64,000 nt of DNA. It comes from Andalucia godoyi And28. Lineage: Eukaryota > Protista > Jakobida. Numbering within the stretch: the first letter of the stretch is position 1; every line of letters starts with the position of its first letter. This document shows positions 63,401 through 64,000 of this stretch, piece by piece. Below the pieces are notes generated by a model, which was not told the DNA's origin, made no database searches, and saw only the letters and a list, made by a program, of their open reading frames with translations. The translations under genes were made by a program, and so were the position numbers. Location of the stretch: NCBI GenBank assembly GCA_009859145.1, contig VRVR01000027.1, positions 48,915-112,914 on the forward strand. Direction: 5' to 3'.

Positions 63401-63941
63401 AAAAGCCAGCAGCTCCAACCACCGTCCACGATCCTCCGCTGTACTTCATCACCGTCGCTTTGGTCGAGCTTGCAGAGTCCGTGTACGCAACGTATGGTAC
63501 TCCAGATCCATCGAAAGCAAGACTGTTATAGGAGGTGCTCCCGGCAGAAAAGCCCGCAGCACCAACCACTGTCCATGATCCCCCGCTGTACCTCATCACT
63601 GTCGCTTTGTACGAGCTTGCAGAGTCCGTGTACGCAACGTATGGTATTCCTGATCCATCGATAGCAAGATCGATGCTCTGGGCGTCCCCGGCAGAAAAAC
63701 CAGCAGTTCCAACCAGTGTCCACGATGTCCCATTGAACTTCATCACCGTCGCTTTGTTGCCGTTTGGAGCGTCCCGATACACAACATATGGTGTTCCTGA
63801 TCCATCGATCGCAAGACTGGTATATAAGGCACCCCCGGCAGAAAAGCCAGCAGTTCCAACCACACTCCACACACCGTTTTCCAACCCCTGCGCCAAACAG
63901 AACACTGTGCACAACACGTACGGCACCAGTAAAAATCTCAT
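60411..63941 (-). CDS. Large type I surface protein: signal peptide, 5 x 49-aa beta-propeller repeats, many GCC2/GCC3 (ephrin-receptor-like) Cys-rich repeats, TM, acidic tail
   Basis: MRFLLVPYVLCTVFCLAQG; W-x-x-VG-x-AGFSAG...SLA-x-DGSG-x-PYV-x-Y-x-D...KATVM x5; C-x-x-C-P-x-G-T/S-Y/F repeats; TM IAAIVVVPVLVLGALVGGIMFW then KRRK. Confidence 0.9.
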   Translation of the reverse strand: MRFLLVPYVLCTVFCLAQGLENGVWSVVGTAGFSAGGALYTSLAIDGSGTPYVVYRDAPNGNKATVMKFNGTSWTLVGTAGFSAGDAQSIDLAIDGSGIPYVAYTDSASSYKATVMRYSGGSWTVVGAAGFSAGSTSYNSLAFDGSGVPYVAYTDSASSTKATVMKYSGGSWTVVGAAGFSAGVSYYTSLAFDGSGVPYVAYTDSASSTKATVMKYSGGSWTVVRAAGFSAGNTEWTSLAIDGSGVPYVVYQDYANSYKATVMRVTCPPGTAGQNGQDCTICVTGTYSASFGALNCTSCSTGTYNPLSGANSSSSCFECPQGSYSSSVGSSQCILCGTGTFGTTTGANSSTTCISCNAGSYSAANGSSACTLCAAGTYSNVSGGSSSAVCTTCPTGTSSNVTGANSSTTCVACAIGSYSSQNGWSTCSLCAAGTFGNTTGATSSSSCYACPAGSFSAVSGSAACTLCPAGTFGNTTGGSSAQSCHACAPGSFGSSAGAANASACLLCPVGSYSTAIGSTSCTLCAAGTSNNATGSASSSACSSCSTGGYSTAAGSAACTLCSAGTFNPNSGSTTNASCVLCPAGTYNPNNGSTSSTACISCAVNSYSSSPGSATCTACSTGQCAPAVGSTSCGACTCAPGQYRVSATTCAQCPAGTWQSLPDQSSCYYCPFGQASSVVGANNVSVCTPCDAGRYPASGSASCVQCSPGWFAPGPGNSGCGPCPAGTYTGAYASGACDACSAGTYSITASPYCTPCSSGVSSVDRAPRCNVYNVSETALAPTEVSLLSSDWQCTSHQMSSSNSSLAVYATWNRQILTMETFASCNVSTFETLPTASSRGEPLSLALNVTTLTSASAWFVQSAKCFVCMRGSAAGSAWIALSETEVVAENSETPVGVIAPGQPKFISTPPFAIPGARTVEITLTVSGGTVDAYLSTSNPSPSSASWEVMQRIESTTATLSILASGPVYVGLFNPTALSPAPVLLSVRSSGSQPTVTLSYVVRSSSPSSSDGSGSASLAPGDIAAIVVVPVLVLGALVGGIMFWKRRKSAAEPLSAGIAMLEMRSDGGEYGFPCETGSESSPVIDASSVMMVDAEAAPEEFKVVTGDSETAAFAMTGAAGECNEDPAAFNDEEHSDNGSEVPGDSVGTRLVVNEHAELPERDGEQPVELGDLGADDDVT
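63140..63875 (-). repeat. Five coding tandem repeats of 147 bp (49 aa)
   Basis: Units 3 and 4 are near-identical in DNA (catcaccgtcgctttggtcgagcttgcagagtccgtgtacgcaacgtatggtactccagatccatcgaa at about 63300 and 63447). Confidence 0.92.
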
Positions 63942-64000
63942 TTTCGGTTTTGAAAAGGAAACGTAAAAATGAAATATGCTACTGGAGAACGAAATATATG

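Overview
Gene-dense, intron-poor DNA from a microbial eukaryote (standard genetic code; the organism cannot be identified from the sequence). Left part (1-17 kb): an accessory/effector-type region. It holds a CHAT-STAND NTPase-TPR-like (NLR-like) gene running off the left edge whose protease catalytic His and Cys are both replaced, a Crinkler/RHS-type REase+kinase gene, a GIY-YIG/zinc-knuckle gene and a decayed hAT transposase. A P4-ATPase flippase follows (17.6-21.1 kb). Middle (24-47 kb): a copper/metal-handling neighbourhood with one intact and two decayed P1B-1 Cu-ATPases, a CTR copper importer, two tandem bacterial-type DUF326/Csp Cys-rich copper-storage proteins, a PLAC8-like Cys-rich protein, a DHHC palmitoyltransferase, an MFS transporter, a SAM methyltransferase and a Zn2Cys6(+PAS-like) transcription factor. 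A Fanzor/TnpB C-terminal remnant with downstream hairpins sits between Csp and CTR. At 48467-55747 is a complete 7.3-kb P-superfamily DNA transposon (perfect 43-bp TIRs, 8-bp TSD) carrying two extra ORFs, one ending in a USP-like domain and joined to the transposase by a single-base frameshift at a C7 run. The right end has an ABCG half-transporter and a large surface protein with beta-propeller and Cys-rich repeats. All domain calls come from motif recognition by eye; no searches were run.
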